A program made the translations under genes and the position numbers. DNA of 64,000 bases from Eledone cirrhosa. Lineage: Eukaryota. The notes below the pieces were generated by a model. That model did not search any database. It was not told where the DNA came from and saw only the letters and a list, made by a program, of their open reading frames with translations. This document shows positions 11,658 through 25,209 of this stretch, in pieces. Positions within the stretch are counted from its first letter, which is position 1. The number at the start of each line of letters is the position of its first letter. The stretch is taken from positions 230,392,001 to 230,456,000 of the forward strand of contig OZ024743.1 in NCBI GenBank assembly GCA_964016885.1, written 5' to 3'.

Positions 11658-14600
11658 TGTGGGAATAGTTGTATTGTTTGTAGTGATATTGGTGTTGTTA
11701 GTTGTGATGCTTGTAAGAGTCGTTATGTTCGAGGTTTTGTGGGAAGAGTTGTAATGTGTGTAGTGATAGTGGAGTTTTTAGCTGTGATGGTTGTAAGAGT
11801 GGTGATGCTCGTGGTTTTGTGGGAATAGTTGTAATGTTTGTAGTGACAGTGGAGTTGTTAGTTGTGATGGTTGTAAGAGTGGTGATATTCGTGATTTTGT
11901 GGGAATAGTTGTATTGTTTGTAATGATAGTGGAGTTGTTAGTTGTGATGGTTGTAAGCGTGGTGATGTTCGAGGTTTTGTGGGAATAGTTGTATTATTTG
12001 TAGTGATAGTGGAGTTGTTAGTTGGGATGGTTGTAAGACTGGTGATCTTCGTGGTTTTGTGGGAATAGTTGTATTGTTTGTAGTGATAGTGGTGTTGTTA
12101 GTTGTGATGGTTGTAAGAGTGGTGATGCTCCTGTTTTTGTGGGAATAGTTGTATTGTTTGTAATGATAGTGGAGTTGTTAGTTGTGATGGTTGTAAGAGT
12201 GGTGATGTTCGTAGTTTTGTGAGAATAGTTGTATTGTTTGTAGTGATAGTGGTGTTGTTAGTTGTGATGGTTGTAAGAGTGGTGATGTTCGAGGTTTTGT
12301 GGGAATAGTTGTATTGTTTGTAGTGATAGTGGTGTTGTTAGTTGTGATGGTTGTAAGAGTGGTGATTTTCGTGGTTTTGTGGGAATAGTTGTATTGTTTG
12401 TAGTGATAGAGTTGTTGTTAGTTGTGACGGTTGTAAGAGTGGTGATGCTTGTGGTTTTGTGAGAATAGTTGTAATGTTTGTAGTGATAGTGGAGTGTTAG
12501 CTGTGATGGTTGTAAGCGTGGTGATGTTGGTGGTTTTGTGGGAATAGTTGTATTGTTTGTAGTGATAGTCGTGTTGTTAGTTATGATGGTTGTAAGAGTG
12601 GTGATGTTCGTGGTTTTGTGGGAATAGTTGTATTGTTTGTAGTGATAGTGGTTGTTGCTAGTTGTGACGCTTGTAAGAGTGGTGATGTTCGTGGTTTTGT
12701 GGGAATAGTTGTATTGTTTGTAGTGTTAGTGGTGTTGTTAGTTGTGATGGTTGTAAGCGTGGTGATGTTCGAGGTTTTGTGGGAATAGTTGTATTGTTTG
12801 TAGTGATAGAGGTGTTGTTAGTTGTGATGGTTGTAAGCGTGGTGATGTTCGAGGTTTTGTGGGAATAGTTGTATTGTTTGTAGTGATAGAGGTGTTGTTA
12901 GTTGTGATGGTTGTAAGCGTGGTGATGTTCGAGGTTTTGTGGGAATAGTTGTAATGTTTGTAGTGATAGTGGAGTTGTTAGTTGTGATGGTTGTAAGCGT
13001 GGTGATGTTCGAGGTTTTGTGGGAATAGTTGTATTGTTTGTAGTGATAGAGGTGTTGTTAGTTGTGATGGTTGTAAGCGTGGTGATGTTCGAGGTTTTGT
13101 GGGAATAGTTGTAATGTTTGTAGTGATAGTGGAGTTGTTAGTTGTGATGGTTGTAAGCGTGGTGATGTTCTAAGTTTTGTGGGAATAGTTGTATTGTTTG
13201 TAGTGATAGTGGAGTTGTTAGTTGTAATGGTTGTAAGAGTGGTGATGTTCGAGGTTTTGTGGGAATAGTTGTATTGTTTGTAGTGTTAATGGTGTTGTTT
13301 GTTGTGATGGTGGTAAGAGTGGTAATGTTCGAGGTTTTGTGGGAATAGTTGTATTGTTTGTAGTCATAGTGGTGTTGTTAGTTGTAATGGTTGTAAGAGT
13401 GGTGATGCTCGTGTTTTTGAGGGAATAGTTGTAATATTTGTAGTGATAGTAGAGTTGTTAGTATTGATGGTTGCAAGAGTGGTGATCTTAGTGGATTTGT
13501 GGGAATAGTTGTATTGTTTGTAGTGATAGAGGTGTTGTTAGTATTGATGGTTGTAAGAGTGGTGATCTTCGAGGTTTTGTGGGAATAGTTGTATTGTTTG
13601 TAGTGATAGTGGTGTTAGTTGTGATGGTTGTAAGAGTGCTGATGCTCGTGGTCTTGTGGGAATAGTTGTATTGTTTGTAGTGATAGTGGAGTTGTTATGT
13701 GTCATGATTGTAAGAGTGGTGATGTTCGAGGTTTTGTGGGAATAGTTGTAATGTTTGTAGTGATAATGGAGTTGTTAGTTGTGATGGTTGTAAGCGTGGT
13801 GATCTTCGTTGTTTTGTGGGAATAGTTGTATTGTTTGTAGTGATAGTGGTGTTGTTAGTTGTGATGGTTGTAAGCGTGGTGATCTTCGTTGTTTTGTGGG
13901 AATAGTTGTATTGTTTGTAGTGATAGTGGTGTTGTTAGTTGTGATGGTTGTAAGCGTGGTGATCTTCGTTGTTTTGTGGGAATAGTTGTATTGTTTGTAG
14001 TGATAGAGGTGTTGTTAGTTGTGATGGTTGTAAGAGTGGTGATGTTCGAGGTCTTGTGGGAATAGTTGTATTGTTTTTAGTGATAGTGGAGTTGTTAGTA
14101 TTGATGGTTGTAAGAGTGGTGATGTTCGAGGTTTTGTGGGAATAGTTGTATTGTTTGTAGTGATAGTGGAGTTGTTAGTTGTGATGGTTCTAAGAGTGGT
14201 GATGTTCGAGGTTTTGTGGGAATAGTTGTATTGTTTGTAGTGATAGTGGAGTTGTTAGTTGTGATGGTTGTAAGAGTGTTGATGTTCGCGGTTTTGTGGG
14301 GATAGTTGTATTGTTTGAAGTGATAGTGGTGTTGTTAGTTGTGATGGTTGTAAGAGTGGTGATGTTCGAGGTTTTGTGGGAATAGTTGTATTGTTTGTAG
14401 TGATAGTGGTGTTGTTAGTTGTGATGGTTGTAAGAGTGGTGATGTTCGTGGGTGTGTGGGAATAGTTGTATTGTTTGTAGTGATAGTGGTGTTGTTAGTT
14501 CTGATGGTTGTAAGAGTGGTGATCTTCGAGGTTTTGTGGGAATAGTTGTATTGTTTGTAGTGATAGAGGTGTTGTTTGTTGTGATGGTTGTAAGCGTGGT

Positions 14601-15150
14601 GATGTTCGAGGTTTTGTGGGAATAGTTGTATTGTTTGTAGTGATAGTGCTGTTGTTAGTTGTGATGGTTGTAAGAGTGGTGATGTTCGAGGTTTTGTGGG
14701 AATAGTTGTATTGTTTGTAGTGATAGTGGAGTTGTTAGTTGAGATGGTTGTAAGAGTGGTGATGTTCGAGGTTTTGTGGGAATAGTTGTGTTGTTTGTAG
14801 TGATAGTGGTGTTGTTAGTTGTGATGGTTGTAAGGGTGGTGATGTTCGAGGTTTTGTGGGAATAGTTGTATTGTTTGTAGTGATAGTGGTGTTGTTAGTT
14901 GTGATGGTTGTAAGCGTGGTGATGTTCGAGGTTTTGTGGGAATAGTTGTATTGTTTGTGGTGATTGTGGAGTTGTTAGTTCTGATGGTTGTAAGAGTGGT
15001 GATGTTCGAGGTTTTGTGGGAATAGTTGTATTGTTTGTAGTAATAGTGGTGTTGTTAGTTGTGATGGTTGTAAGAGTGAGGATGTTCGTGGGTTTGTCGG
15101 GATAGTTGTATTGTTTGTAGTGATGGTCGTGGCTTTGTGGGGATAGTTGT
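11658..15150. repeat. 80-bp tandem satellite, ~43 copies
   Basis: Unit gtgggaatagttgtattgtttgtagtgatagtggtgttgttagttgtgatggttgtaagagtggtgatgttcgaggtttt (80 nt), highly homogeneous. Confidence 0.98.
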
Positions 15151-16370
15151 ATTGTTGGTGATGATGGTTGCGTGATGGTGGTGATTGTATTAGTGAATGT
15201 TGTGACTTCATTGTGAATAGTTGTATTGTTGGTGACGATGGTTGTGTTGGTGGGGATAATGGTGATGGTCGAGTCTATTTGGGGATAGTTATATTATTGG
15301 TTGTGATGACTATGGTGATGGCGGTGGTGGCTGTGGTGATAGTGATGATGGTGGTGATGGTGGTCGCGGGGTTTTGTGGGGGTAGTTGTATTGTTGGTGG
15401 CGATGGTTGTGTTGATGGATGTAGTGATGGTGTTCATGGTGGTAGTGTTGATCATGGCTTTGTGGGTATAGTTGTGTTGTTGGTAGTGATGGTTGTGATG
15501 GTGGTGAAAAGGGTGATGGTCGTGGCTATGTCGGATAGTAGTATTATTAGTTGTGATGGTTGTGGTGATGGTGGTGATAACGCTGATGGTGATGGTGGTG
15601 GTATTGTTGGAATATTATTGTTGATATTAATGATTGTGGTGTTGGTGGTGATAGTTTTGTTGTTGGTTGTGATTGTGGTGATAATGGTAATGGTGGTGGT
15701 ATGGTGGTGATAATGGTGATGGTGGTGCTATTGTGATGATAATGGTGATGGTGGTGCTATGGTAATGATATTGGTAATGGTGGTGGTATTGTGGTGATAA
15801 TGGTAATGGTGGTGGTATGGTAATGATAATGGTGATGGTGGTGGTATTGTCATGGTATTGTGTTGAAGGTTGTGATGATAGTGGTGATAGTTGATGTAGT
15901 GGAGGAACTAATGATTATTTTGGAAGGTAGTTGTACAGGTGCTAGCAGTAAAGTTGGTGGTGGCGATGTTATAGTTGCTGGTGGTGGTGGTGTCTTGGTG
16001 ATATACGTAGATATATTGGTGATGGTGATGGTGTAGTGTTGATGTTGTTGAAGACAAATGTTGTGATGTTGATGGTAATGGTGAGGTGTTAGTGGTAACA
16101 TCGGTAGATGTAGTGTTGATGGTGGTGGTAAGATTATCGGAGAGGTAAATGTTTGGGTGTTGATAATCGTAGTGTTGTTGAAGATGGCGATGTTAGTGTT
16201 GGAGTGATGGTGATGGTGTTGTTGGTCTCAGTAATATTTCTGGTGTGGTATGGTTTTGGTGGTGATGCCAGTAGAGGCAACGGTGATGCTTTTAGTGTGG
16301 TGGTTACGTTGTGGTTGTGGCAGTAGCGTTGGTTATGTGGTGGTGGTGGCGGTGGTGGGGGATGATGGTG
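15151..16370. repeat. Degenerate (GGT/GAT)n region containing eroded satellite-like units
   Basis: Recurrent 'ttgtgggg-tagttgtattgttggtg' motifs fading into triplet low complexity. Confidence 0.8.
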
Positions 16371-16599
16371 CTAGAACATTTCTGACCTAGTGGTGCGGAA
16401 GATGTGTATGATAGAGGTGGAAATAGTGCAGCTGGTTTAAATATATCAGTGCTGTTAAGTGGAAAGAGTGCATAATATGAGAATGTATGTGCGGGTTTGA
16501 TACTATGTACGTTCCTCTATTAGTTTACGCAAGCGTGTCTTTATCTATGAATGTGTATGTATATATGCCTGTATATGTATGCGTGTGTATTACGTATTT

Positions 16600-16755
16600 A
16601 GCATGGCTGAACACGAAGAAGTTAGCATTGCAAATATCAGGTACTGGCTTCGATTCCAATGAGTGGCATTTTGGAAATTGTCATTTACCATACCCTCGAG
16701 ATGATCTAAATTATGTGGGGGAATTTGGTTGACGGAAACTGCATGGAAGCCCACT
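16600..16755 (+). mobile_element. Diverged second SINE family (tRNA-like head)
   Basis: 'ggcttcgattcc' B-box-like motif; 3' 'gaatttggttgacggaaactgcatggaagccc' resembles an abundant octopus SINE (recalled, unverified). Confidence 0.5.
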
Positions 16756-17198
16756 GAATTGGCTGAACTTCTAGCTCAAAGTTTCAGCCTTGTTATACAC
16801 CTTGTCACATAAAATGTGTCTAATAATTATGTTGGCGAATGCTTAAGTTAAATTCAAGAGTAGGCTATTCTGTTGATAAAAAAACTGCAACAGTCATCAT
16901 TGGACCGACGTTGGTCCATTACATGATGACGTTAGCTTCAGAGATGTGATGAAGCATTGCGTTGTGACAAACTACCAGACTGTGTGTTAAATTCTGAAAG
17001 ACAGAGTCGACAACAACATTCTGTTTAAAACACTATCCAGTAACAAGGTAACCTGTTCAGCTTAATTCACTTGATCATTGATATAAGTAATACTACGATT
17101 GCCATCATATATATATGTGTCCACACACACACACTCACACACACATACATACATACACACACACATACACACATACACACACACTTATACACAGCCCC

Positions 17199-17255
<57 letters not shown>

Positions 17256-17613
17256 AGAATAAGTGTTCAAAGTGGATTTTTACAATATTTATACAGAAAT
17301 ATCCAATTAGAAATATTTCGACGGGTTTGACGACTTTGCAGTGTGTTGGTTCACAATCCGGACTTTCAAATGGTCTTTCTAAAATTATATTTATCCGCCA
17401 TTAGTACAATCCGGGGTGGAAAGACAGATGAGCATATATTGAGAGGGGAGAGGTTGAATTTTATTAGTTACTCCATCTCAACTCTCCGGGTTCTTCATTC
17501 GTACAAATTTGCAGACTGATTACACACGTACTTTTCTCATAAACATTGTTTCCGTCTCATCTCCTTCTCACTATTAATCTTTCTATTTCATCTTTTATTT
17601 CTCATTCTATATG

Positions 17614-17641
17614 CTGATGGAGGACTAGTGTCCGAAACGTA
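17614..17641 (+). ncRNA. Degenerate minimal hammerhead ribozyme motif
   Basis: CUGAUGG-A-GGAC-UAGU-GUCC-GAAAC-GUA. Core A9 is replaced by G and stem I is not evident; a TA-rich tract follows ~80 nt downstream. Confidence 0.5.
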
Positions 17642-17736
17642 AGAACTCTTTTCCTGGTATATCAACCATTAAACTAATATATTTCTTCATCGGGCTATTG
17701 TTTCCGTTGACGTTTGGCACATATATACATACATAC

Positions 17737-17774
<38 letters not shown>

Positions 17775-18289
17775 TTTGTGTGTGCCTGTGTTTGTGTGTG
17801 TATGTGAGTGTATGTGTGTGTGTGTGTGTGTGTGTGTTTTGTGCGTGTGTGTGACTTTGTGTGTGCATGTGAGTGTATGTGTGTGTGCGTGCGTGTGTGT
17901 GCGTGCTTGTGTTGAATGATGTGGTGCGCAGTTGATGTAAGCGGAGTTAGGGGATCTATGGCAAGCAGGACATAAAATAGGGATTTCCTCTTGTCAAAGG
18001 AAGTGTGGGGTGAGGGGGGAATCAATGTGTGAATAGGGGGAGGAGTCTAAATCAACGTCCTTAAAGTATGGAGTGAGAAGGAAAGTGGGACAGGGAAGGG
18101 CACAGACAGCAAAGTTAGAAAAAAGGGCCTTAAGGAATTTATGTCTGTATATAAGGCAGTCAAGGGACTTTGGGAGTGTGGCAAGATGCCAACTGGTATT
18201 GTCTTCGACAAGTTGACGACGTTACTCAATCAGCAGCTGCGGTGCCATAGTCTTCCAATTTTCCATTCTCTCCCACCTTTTCACCCTCT

Positions 18290-19150
18290 TCACCGTGATC
18301 ATTGCTACCATCGTTGTCGTCATTTTCATCGTCTTCAATGTCGTCTTCATCGTCGTCATCGTTATCACCAAATTCATCATCATAATCGACATCATCATCA
18401 TCATCATCATCATCACCAACATCATATCAAAAATCGTCATCATGGAACTCCTTCTTCACCCTTTCCTTGACGTCATCATCATCATCATCATCATCATCTT
18501 CATTATTATTATCATCTTCAATATCATCATCATCATCATCATTATCATTATCATTGTCATCATCATTATCATTGTCATCATCATTATCAACATCGTCCTA
18601 ACCAACATCATCATCGTAGTCACCATCATTATCATCATCATCAACCACCTTCTTCACCACTTTCTCACCATCATCAGCATCAAATTCTTTCTTCACCTTT
18701 ACTTTAACATCATCATCATCATTATTGTTGTGGTTATAATCATCATCATTAGCAACATTCTTCACTTCTTCCCTGCCATCAATATCATTATTCCCATCAT
18801 CACGTGTAGCTGTATCATAGTCACCCACCTCATCAACCTATTTCATCTTTATTGCCCACATCCTCAGCATCTTCATCATTATTGCGCTCCCCTAGCACCA
18901 CCACCGCCACACTACCAACAATCAACACCTCAAAACCACTGCCATCACAACTACCTCAGCGATCACCAACTCCACAACCGCCAACACTGCCAATAACGAC
19001 GTCAACAGAACCAACGTCAACAATGACAACAATATTAACATCACCCCCATCACCACAAAAACAACAGTAGCATCACTATCTACTTCTTTTCTCTACTATT
19101 CGTCCACAACTTCATCCTCATCATCATCACCATCAGTATCATTATAATTA
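18290..19150. repeat. Degenerate (CAT)n microsatellite region
   Basis: atc/cat triplets; poly-I/H/M/D ORFs. Confidence 0.92.
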
Positions 19151-19399
19151 TCTGCAGCAGTATTTCATTCATTATAATCTACCTGTTTCTGAATAGCCAA
19201 TATAGTCAAGTTAAGTTCAATGCCTTCTCAGTTCTGTTTCATGAACCCCTTTCTGGTTGACCGTCAACACTCCACGCTTAGGTAATTGCGTGTCAGTGAG
19301 TCTGTTTAACCGATAGCTGGGGTAGATGGCCGTTGGCTCTGAGGAATTCATTCACCTTTTAAACAAGATATAGGAAGAAAAAAGAAACATCGAATGATT

Positions 19400-19880
19400 T
19401 TAAAATGCTTTAAGTGACATGAATGTTATGACATTCATGCTTGGATGTAGGATGTTGTTTGTTGAAAACGTTATAAGTAATGCAAATATGAAATTCCCTA
19501 TAGAGGGAAACCATCCTAAGCCCATTTGAGTTCATGGTTCTGACGACAAGTTTAAGTGTAATTTCCAACTCTAGCATTGAAATCTCCCATTAGTATGAGC
19601 TTGGTCTTGTAGTGAAGAGTGGGAGCCACTGCCCATAGAGATTTTCAATAACCTGTTCAGATTAATATAGAGTTGGTGTGTAACAGAGGTTTTGTTTGTT
19701 AAATTCAGAGAAAGAGTCATAGTACGATCACTGACACCTTTCTGGAATGATCATAAGGATTAAGAAATGTCAGATCTAAGGATAAAGCCATCAACACACA
19801 GACGGTTATCCCCTTCAATTTTTCCGGACTCAACTACTTCTTCCGTCGAAGACTGCCGATTGAACATGGATTTCGAGGCT
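19400..19880 (-). pseudogene. Decayed RTE-clade LINE APE endonuclease remnant
   Basis: Minus strand reads KLILMGDFNARVGN (~19560-19600), MNSNGLRMV and a PxGVSDRxMTL-like block (~19715-19748). Confidence 0.72.
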
Positions 19881-20253
19881 AAAGTTTGGTAGTAACATAA
19901 CCATCACCATGCTAGTCGGTCCATCGATCAATCGACTCTCTGAAACGATCGTAAAATAATGAATTAACTATCAACCTACGCCAGACTTCGGATTTGTTAT
20001 TCTTCTATGCCCACACATATATGTAAATGACTCAGTAACCCGGACGGATTTTCTTAGAAGATACATTAAGCGGTGATTACTACCGCAGAAAATACTGGTC
20101 TCAATGACGAATCTGACTGCAACCGTCCTTCCAAGGGCACATTAAGTTCTAACAACGTTATTAGCCCCACCACAACCAGGTGAATTAAGATTATATTAAT
20201 AAAAGTAATTCCAACTTTGTCTGATTTGCTCGTTTTATTTACAATACTTTAAC

Positions 20254-20320
<67 letters not shown>

Positions 20321-20336
20321 TAAATGTATATATATA

Positions 20337-22440
20337 GTAATAGTTAATGTGAAGACCAAAATCATTGAAATGTCCCCAGATGTATGTGACAGCACGGGGG
20401 ACGTCCTCAGCAGAATCAGCGAGGGTAGCCGATCTAGGGACCTAACAAACTGCATAATAGATAGTATGGATGTTGTGTCCCTGTATACATCTATTGACGT
20501 GGATTTTGCTGTGGAGAAATGCGTAGAAATGATCAGTGAAAGCAATGTTGAGTTCCGTGGGATTGATACCAGTGAGCTGGGACTCCTACTTAAACTTACT
20601 TATAGTAATAATTATCTAGACACATATGACCTTAGCAACCTGTGTCCTACAAGACCAGAAAGAGGCAGACCACCTACCATTACCTCAATGGGCAAGAAAA
20701 CCAACACAGATAGATGGAAAGGGCGGACCAGAGCCATACAGACTCCCGAAAACCAAGATGAACTAAAGAAAATGATTGCACATCCGGTGGGGACCAGCAT
20801 AAAATTAACTCTTAAGGAACATATGTTCAAATTTAATGGAAATACATATGCCCAAGAGGAGAGAGCAGCCATTGGTGTTTGCATTGGAGGCGACATAGCT
20901 AACTTATTCATGGAATGGTGGGATAGTAGACTTAAACTTAAACTTAAACTTAAAGAACAATTAGAAGACCCCTTAACGCTGATAATGTACACCCGCTACG
21001 TTGATGATATAAACATCGTAGTTAAAACACCCCAACTAGAGAACAGTCAGGAATTAGAGAAAAACACAATGGAAAGCATCCAGTAAATAGCTAACTCCAT
21101 CCACCAGAATATTAGAGTTACTATAGACTACCCAAGCAAACACCTAACCATCGATTACCTGTACTAGACACAGAGCTCTTGTTAGATACCATTAATAACA
21201 AAAAAACAAATCCTCCATTCCCATTATGCCAAACCCATGACTTCCAAATATGTGATCCACCGAAACTCAGCTGTTTCGGACCATACCAAAATCAACATAC
21301 TGATTGCGGATTTGGTACGGGTGATGAGAAACGTGTCCCGCATGTGCAACCCTGAAGAACTAGAGAGACACATACAACACTTCATCCACCGTATGCAGTT
21401 CTCTGGTTACAATCAGAGAGATAAAATCAGAGTTTATAGAGGAGCCAGAACTAATGGGAAAAAATGGTAAATAATGACACAAATGGGACCTGCCCATTGT
21501 ATAGGAGCAAATTTTGGAATAGAATAGAAAGAACTAGGAATAAGGCTAATAGAATAAACTCATGGTATGATAGCAATAAATACCAGAGTGTAATGTTCAT
21601 CGATACAACCCCTAGAGGTGAATTAGCTTACACATTTAGAAGGGCCCTAGATAAATATAAACTCAAAATTAAGATAGTAGAAAGACCAGGTACCTCCATA
21701 AAAACACTTATTAGCAAGACATACCCTTTTCAAAGACCCCCCTGTATAGATAAGAAATGTATAACCTGTAAATTAAGCCCCGATATTAACTGTAAAACTA
21801 GAAATGTAGTATATAGCATAAGATGTACGGATTGACAATGTAGAGATAAAAATATAGTGTACATAGGTGAGACAGCTCGTAGTATAGGGGAACGGATAAA
21901 TGAAGACTGGCGAGACCTTCAAGATAGTAAAGAATCATCTGTACTCTACCAACATGCTGAAATAGAACATAAGGGTAAATAAGAGAACATAGAAATAAAA
22001 ATAGAATCTACATACAGAAAAGACGCAATGTTTAGACAAATCACAGAGGCAATAAACATAAAAGAATTACAACCAAAATTAAATAGAAAACATGAGAGGA
22101 ACAGCAACATCACAACTTACAATTAAGGACAAAATGAAAACACACACGCACATAGAACAAACAACCAACCAGTAACATGTAAATAAACAAATAAATGAAC
22201 GAATATAAACACACAGACACCCGGATGTGGCGCATGCGCAGACTGAGCACACAACACACACAGAAACAAGATGGCGTAGGACAGAACAAAGGAGAGGCAC
22301 AAAAACAAAGAAAAGAATTTCCAGTCACTGAAGAGGTCACATAATGTGTGACGAAAGAACTTTGACAATATATAAACCACCATTTGGTTGTGGAACCAAC
22401 CAACCAACCGGAAATTTATAAATTCCTAAATTTATAAATA
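20337..22440 (+). mobile_element. Penelope-like element, Naiad-like (RT + GIY-YIG + pLTR with hammerhead), 5'-truncated
   Basis: RT motifs SMDVVSLYTSI, IGGDIANLFMEWWD, RYVDD; thumb region HYAKPMTSKYVIHRNSA and MQFSGY...PLYRSKFWNRIER; GIY-YIG VVYSIRCTD*QC...YIGETARSIGER...LYQHAEIEH...RQITEAINI...LNRK. Begins at a (TA)n tract; has frameshifts and stops. Confidence 0.92.
22324..22366 (+). ncRNA. Minimal type I hammerhead ribozyme in the pLTR of the Naiad-like element
   Basis: GUCA|CUGAAGA|G GUCACA-UAAUG-UGUGAC|GAAA G AA C U U|UGAC: 4-bp stem I, 6-bp stem II, 2-bp stem III, CUU cleavage triplet. Confidence 0.88.
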
Positions 22441-22576
22441 TACTATAATAAATTGAAGTGAAAGCAACTGGTGCGTGTGTTTCTTATTGGCAACATGACT
22501 CTCCCAAAGTATCACAATATCGGTTTCAACACACGTTTTCAGATAGAGAATCTTGCTAAACAAATTCAGAAACGAC

Positions 22577-22618
<42 letters not shown>

Positions 22619-22819
22619 GTAGATAAATCTACCAAGAGTTTACGGTAGTGTCCAATCCGTATGAAGAACTCAATGTATTCCGGATATCATGGAAAGAAGA
22701 GATGTAATGAAAAACCACTTTCGGTGAAAGATAAACGGTATACAGAGTACAAGATAAAATATTAAACAAATAATGAATAAACAATTTCTTATATTAAACA
22801 AAAAAAGTTCATTATTTAT

Positions 22820-23015
22820 GTATGTATGATTATATTTCTAATTCTATGTATGAATATACATGTATATATATGTGTGTATGTAAGTTGTGTGTGTATGTAT
22901 GTATATGTCTATGTGTGTATGTATATATATATATGTATATCGATGTACGTATATGTATGTACATGTATGTCTATGTATGTATGTATGTGTATGTATATTT
23001 AGGTGTGTGTGTATG

Positions 23016-23062
<47 letters not shown>

Positions 23063-23316
23063 ATATATATATATATGTATATATCTTTATTATTTATTTT
23101 TTTTATATATATGTGTATGTGTGTATGTGTTGCGTGTGTGTGTGTGTGTGTATATATATCTTTATATATGTGTATGTGTATGTTCGTGTAGATGTATATG
23201 TGTGTATGACTTTATATGTATGTGTGTATGTATGTATGCGTATATATTTCTGTGTGTGTGTACATGTATGTATGTGTATATATCTGTATGTATATGTATG
23301 TGTATTTGTATGTGTA

Positions 23317-23366
<50 letters not shown>

Positions 23367-23391
23367 ATATATATATATATATGTATATGTA

Positions 23392-23427
<36 letters not shown>

Positions 23428-23759
23428 AATATATATATGTTTTTCTATTTGTATATGTATGTGTGTATAGGTATATACCTTTCTCTTTGTATTTCTATGT
23501 TGTGTGATAGTGTAGTTGGTGTTAGTATGGATATACCGATATATAGATGCGTAAGTATTTGTCTGTATGTATATATGTAAATCTGTATATATTTGTGTGT
23601 ATATATAGCTATGTATGTGTATATCTGTATGTATATTAGTATGTAAGTGTTGTATATTTGCATGTATGTGTGTGGTTATATATATCTGTGTCTGTATAGT
23701 ATGTGTGATTATATGTATATGTGTGTGTATATGTACGTGTATGTGCATATGTATGTATA

Positions 23760-23790
<31 letters not shown>

Positions 23791-24004
23791 GTGTGTATAT
23801 ATATGTGTATGTGTATTTGTATGTATATGTGTATATGTATGTATGTGTGTATATGTATATGTTTATATATGTGTGTGTATGTATGTTCTTAGTGTGGATG
23901 TGGTTATATGTATGTATGTATTTATATATGTGTGTATATTTATGTATGGATGTGTAAGTGTCTATGTGTATATATATATGTATGTTTTTTTATATATATT
24001 TATA

Positions 24005-24051
<47 letters not shown>

Positions 24052-24075
24052 ATGTATGTGTATATGTGTATATTT
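22820..24075. repeat. Degenerate (TA)/(TG)/(TATG)n tract
   Basis: About 1.25 kb of alternating purine-pyrimidine repeats; source of the YI/VC ORFs. Confidence 0.95.
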
Positions 24076-24723
24076 ATTTTCTTGATATATTTCTTTTTTC
24101 TTTTTTCTTTTTTCTTTTTTCTTTTTTCTGTTCTTCTTTCTATTCTTTCCTCCTTAATGTTTTATTTATTATGTTTTATTTGTTTTATTTTTCTTAGTTT
24201 ATAGATACATTTATATTAGGCAGTCTGTTCAGACCGTTGAATACTGACCCCTCCCCCCCCCCCCCTCCCACCTAATTTCTGTATCTTGATCTGAAAATGT
24301 GTATGCCAGTGTTTTATGTGAGTGAATTAATATCCATGTGCTTATGATTTTATATCCACATATATAAATGTGAGTGGGGGTGTGTGTGTGTTTGTATGTT
24401 CGTGGTTATGTGTATATTTATGCATATACGCGCGTGTATGTGTGATTGTACGGATATGTGTGAGTATGAAAAAATATATTTATATACTTAACTTCATAAG
24501 TGTCAATAACTCACAGAGACATTAACCTTGAAATTTTGTGTTCGCATCCATCCTTTTAGTATGCGTATACAATTTATACATACATTTTTGTAAAATATGT
24601 GTAAGGGTTTTACATGTATATACACACACAGAACTGCATTTAACCCTTTGTGTTTTCATTGGTCAATTTTTGTTCCCAAACGGACCTGAAATTTTGAATT
24701 GTTGTTATTATCAATAAATATAC

Positions 24724-24878
24724 TTCATTATTTCTGAAGACGGCGTATATATGTGTTTGGTATGTATATTTAATCTTGATAATTTGTATAATTTTGTATA
24801 ATTTTGTACATAGATCTGTTGAATATGCATACCAATTCCAACACATATATATCCTAGAAACGATCGTTAAATAATGAA
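24724..24878 (+). ncRNA. Type I hammerhead ribozyme with ~116-nt extended stem II
   Basis: Stem I UUCAUUAUUU/AAAUAAUGAA (10 bp); CUGAAGA 24734-40; stem II arms UAUAUAUGUGUU/AACACAUAUAUA and UGGUAUGUAUAUUUAA/UUGAAUAUGCAUACCA; GAAA 24857-60; palindromic ACGAUCGU stem III; GUU site. Confidence 0.85.
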
Positions 24879-24929
24879 CTTTTTTTGTTTAATATAAGAA
24901 ATTGTTTATTCATTATTTGTTTAATATTT

Positions 24930-24998
<69 letters not shown>

Positions 24999-25087
24999 GT
25001 AGGAGGTGAGTTTTATTGTAGTACAATAAAGCAATGCAGATATCGGATAAGAAGCACTCTACAGTTTGTAGGACTGGAGTATACATA

Positions 25088-25209
25088 ATATAAGATCAAA
25101 AGATGGTTAAAGGAGTTCCATGTATTTTATTATGCGCATTTCAAAAACAAACATTGTTTTTGAAATGCGCATAATAAAATACATGGAACTCCTTTAACCA
25201 TCTTTTGAT

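Noticed and set aside
11658-15150. Mucin-like Thr-rich exon or CRISPR-like array
   Set aside because: The 80-bp unit is not a multiple of 3 and hits a stop within three units; there are no unique spacers.
18141-18996. His-rich or poly-Ile membrane protein ORFs
   Set aside because: (CAT)n microsatellite translations.
22127-22323. SECIS element downstream of the Naiad-like ORF
   Set aside because: AUGA motifs are present but I could not form helix II with a GA quartet by eye; unresolved without SECISearch.
22505-22545. Minus-strand CUGAAAA...GAAAC hammerhead-like motif
   Set aside because: Core mismatch, no convincing stem II or stem I.
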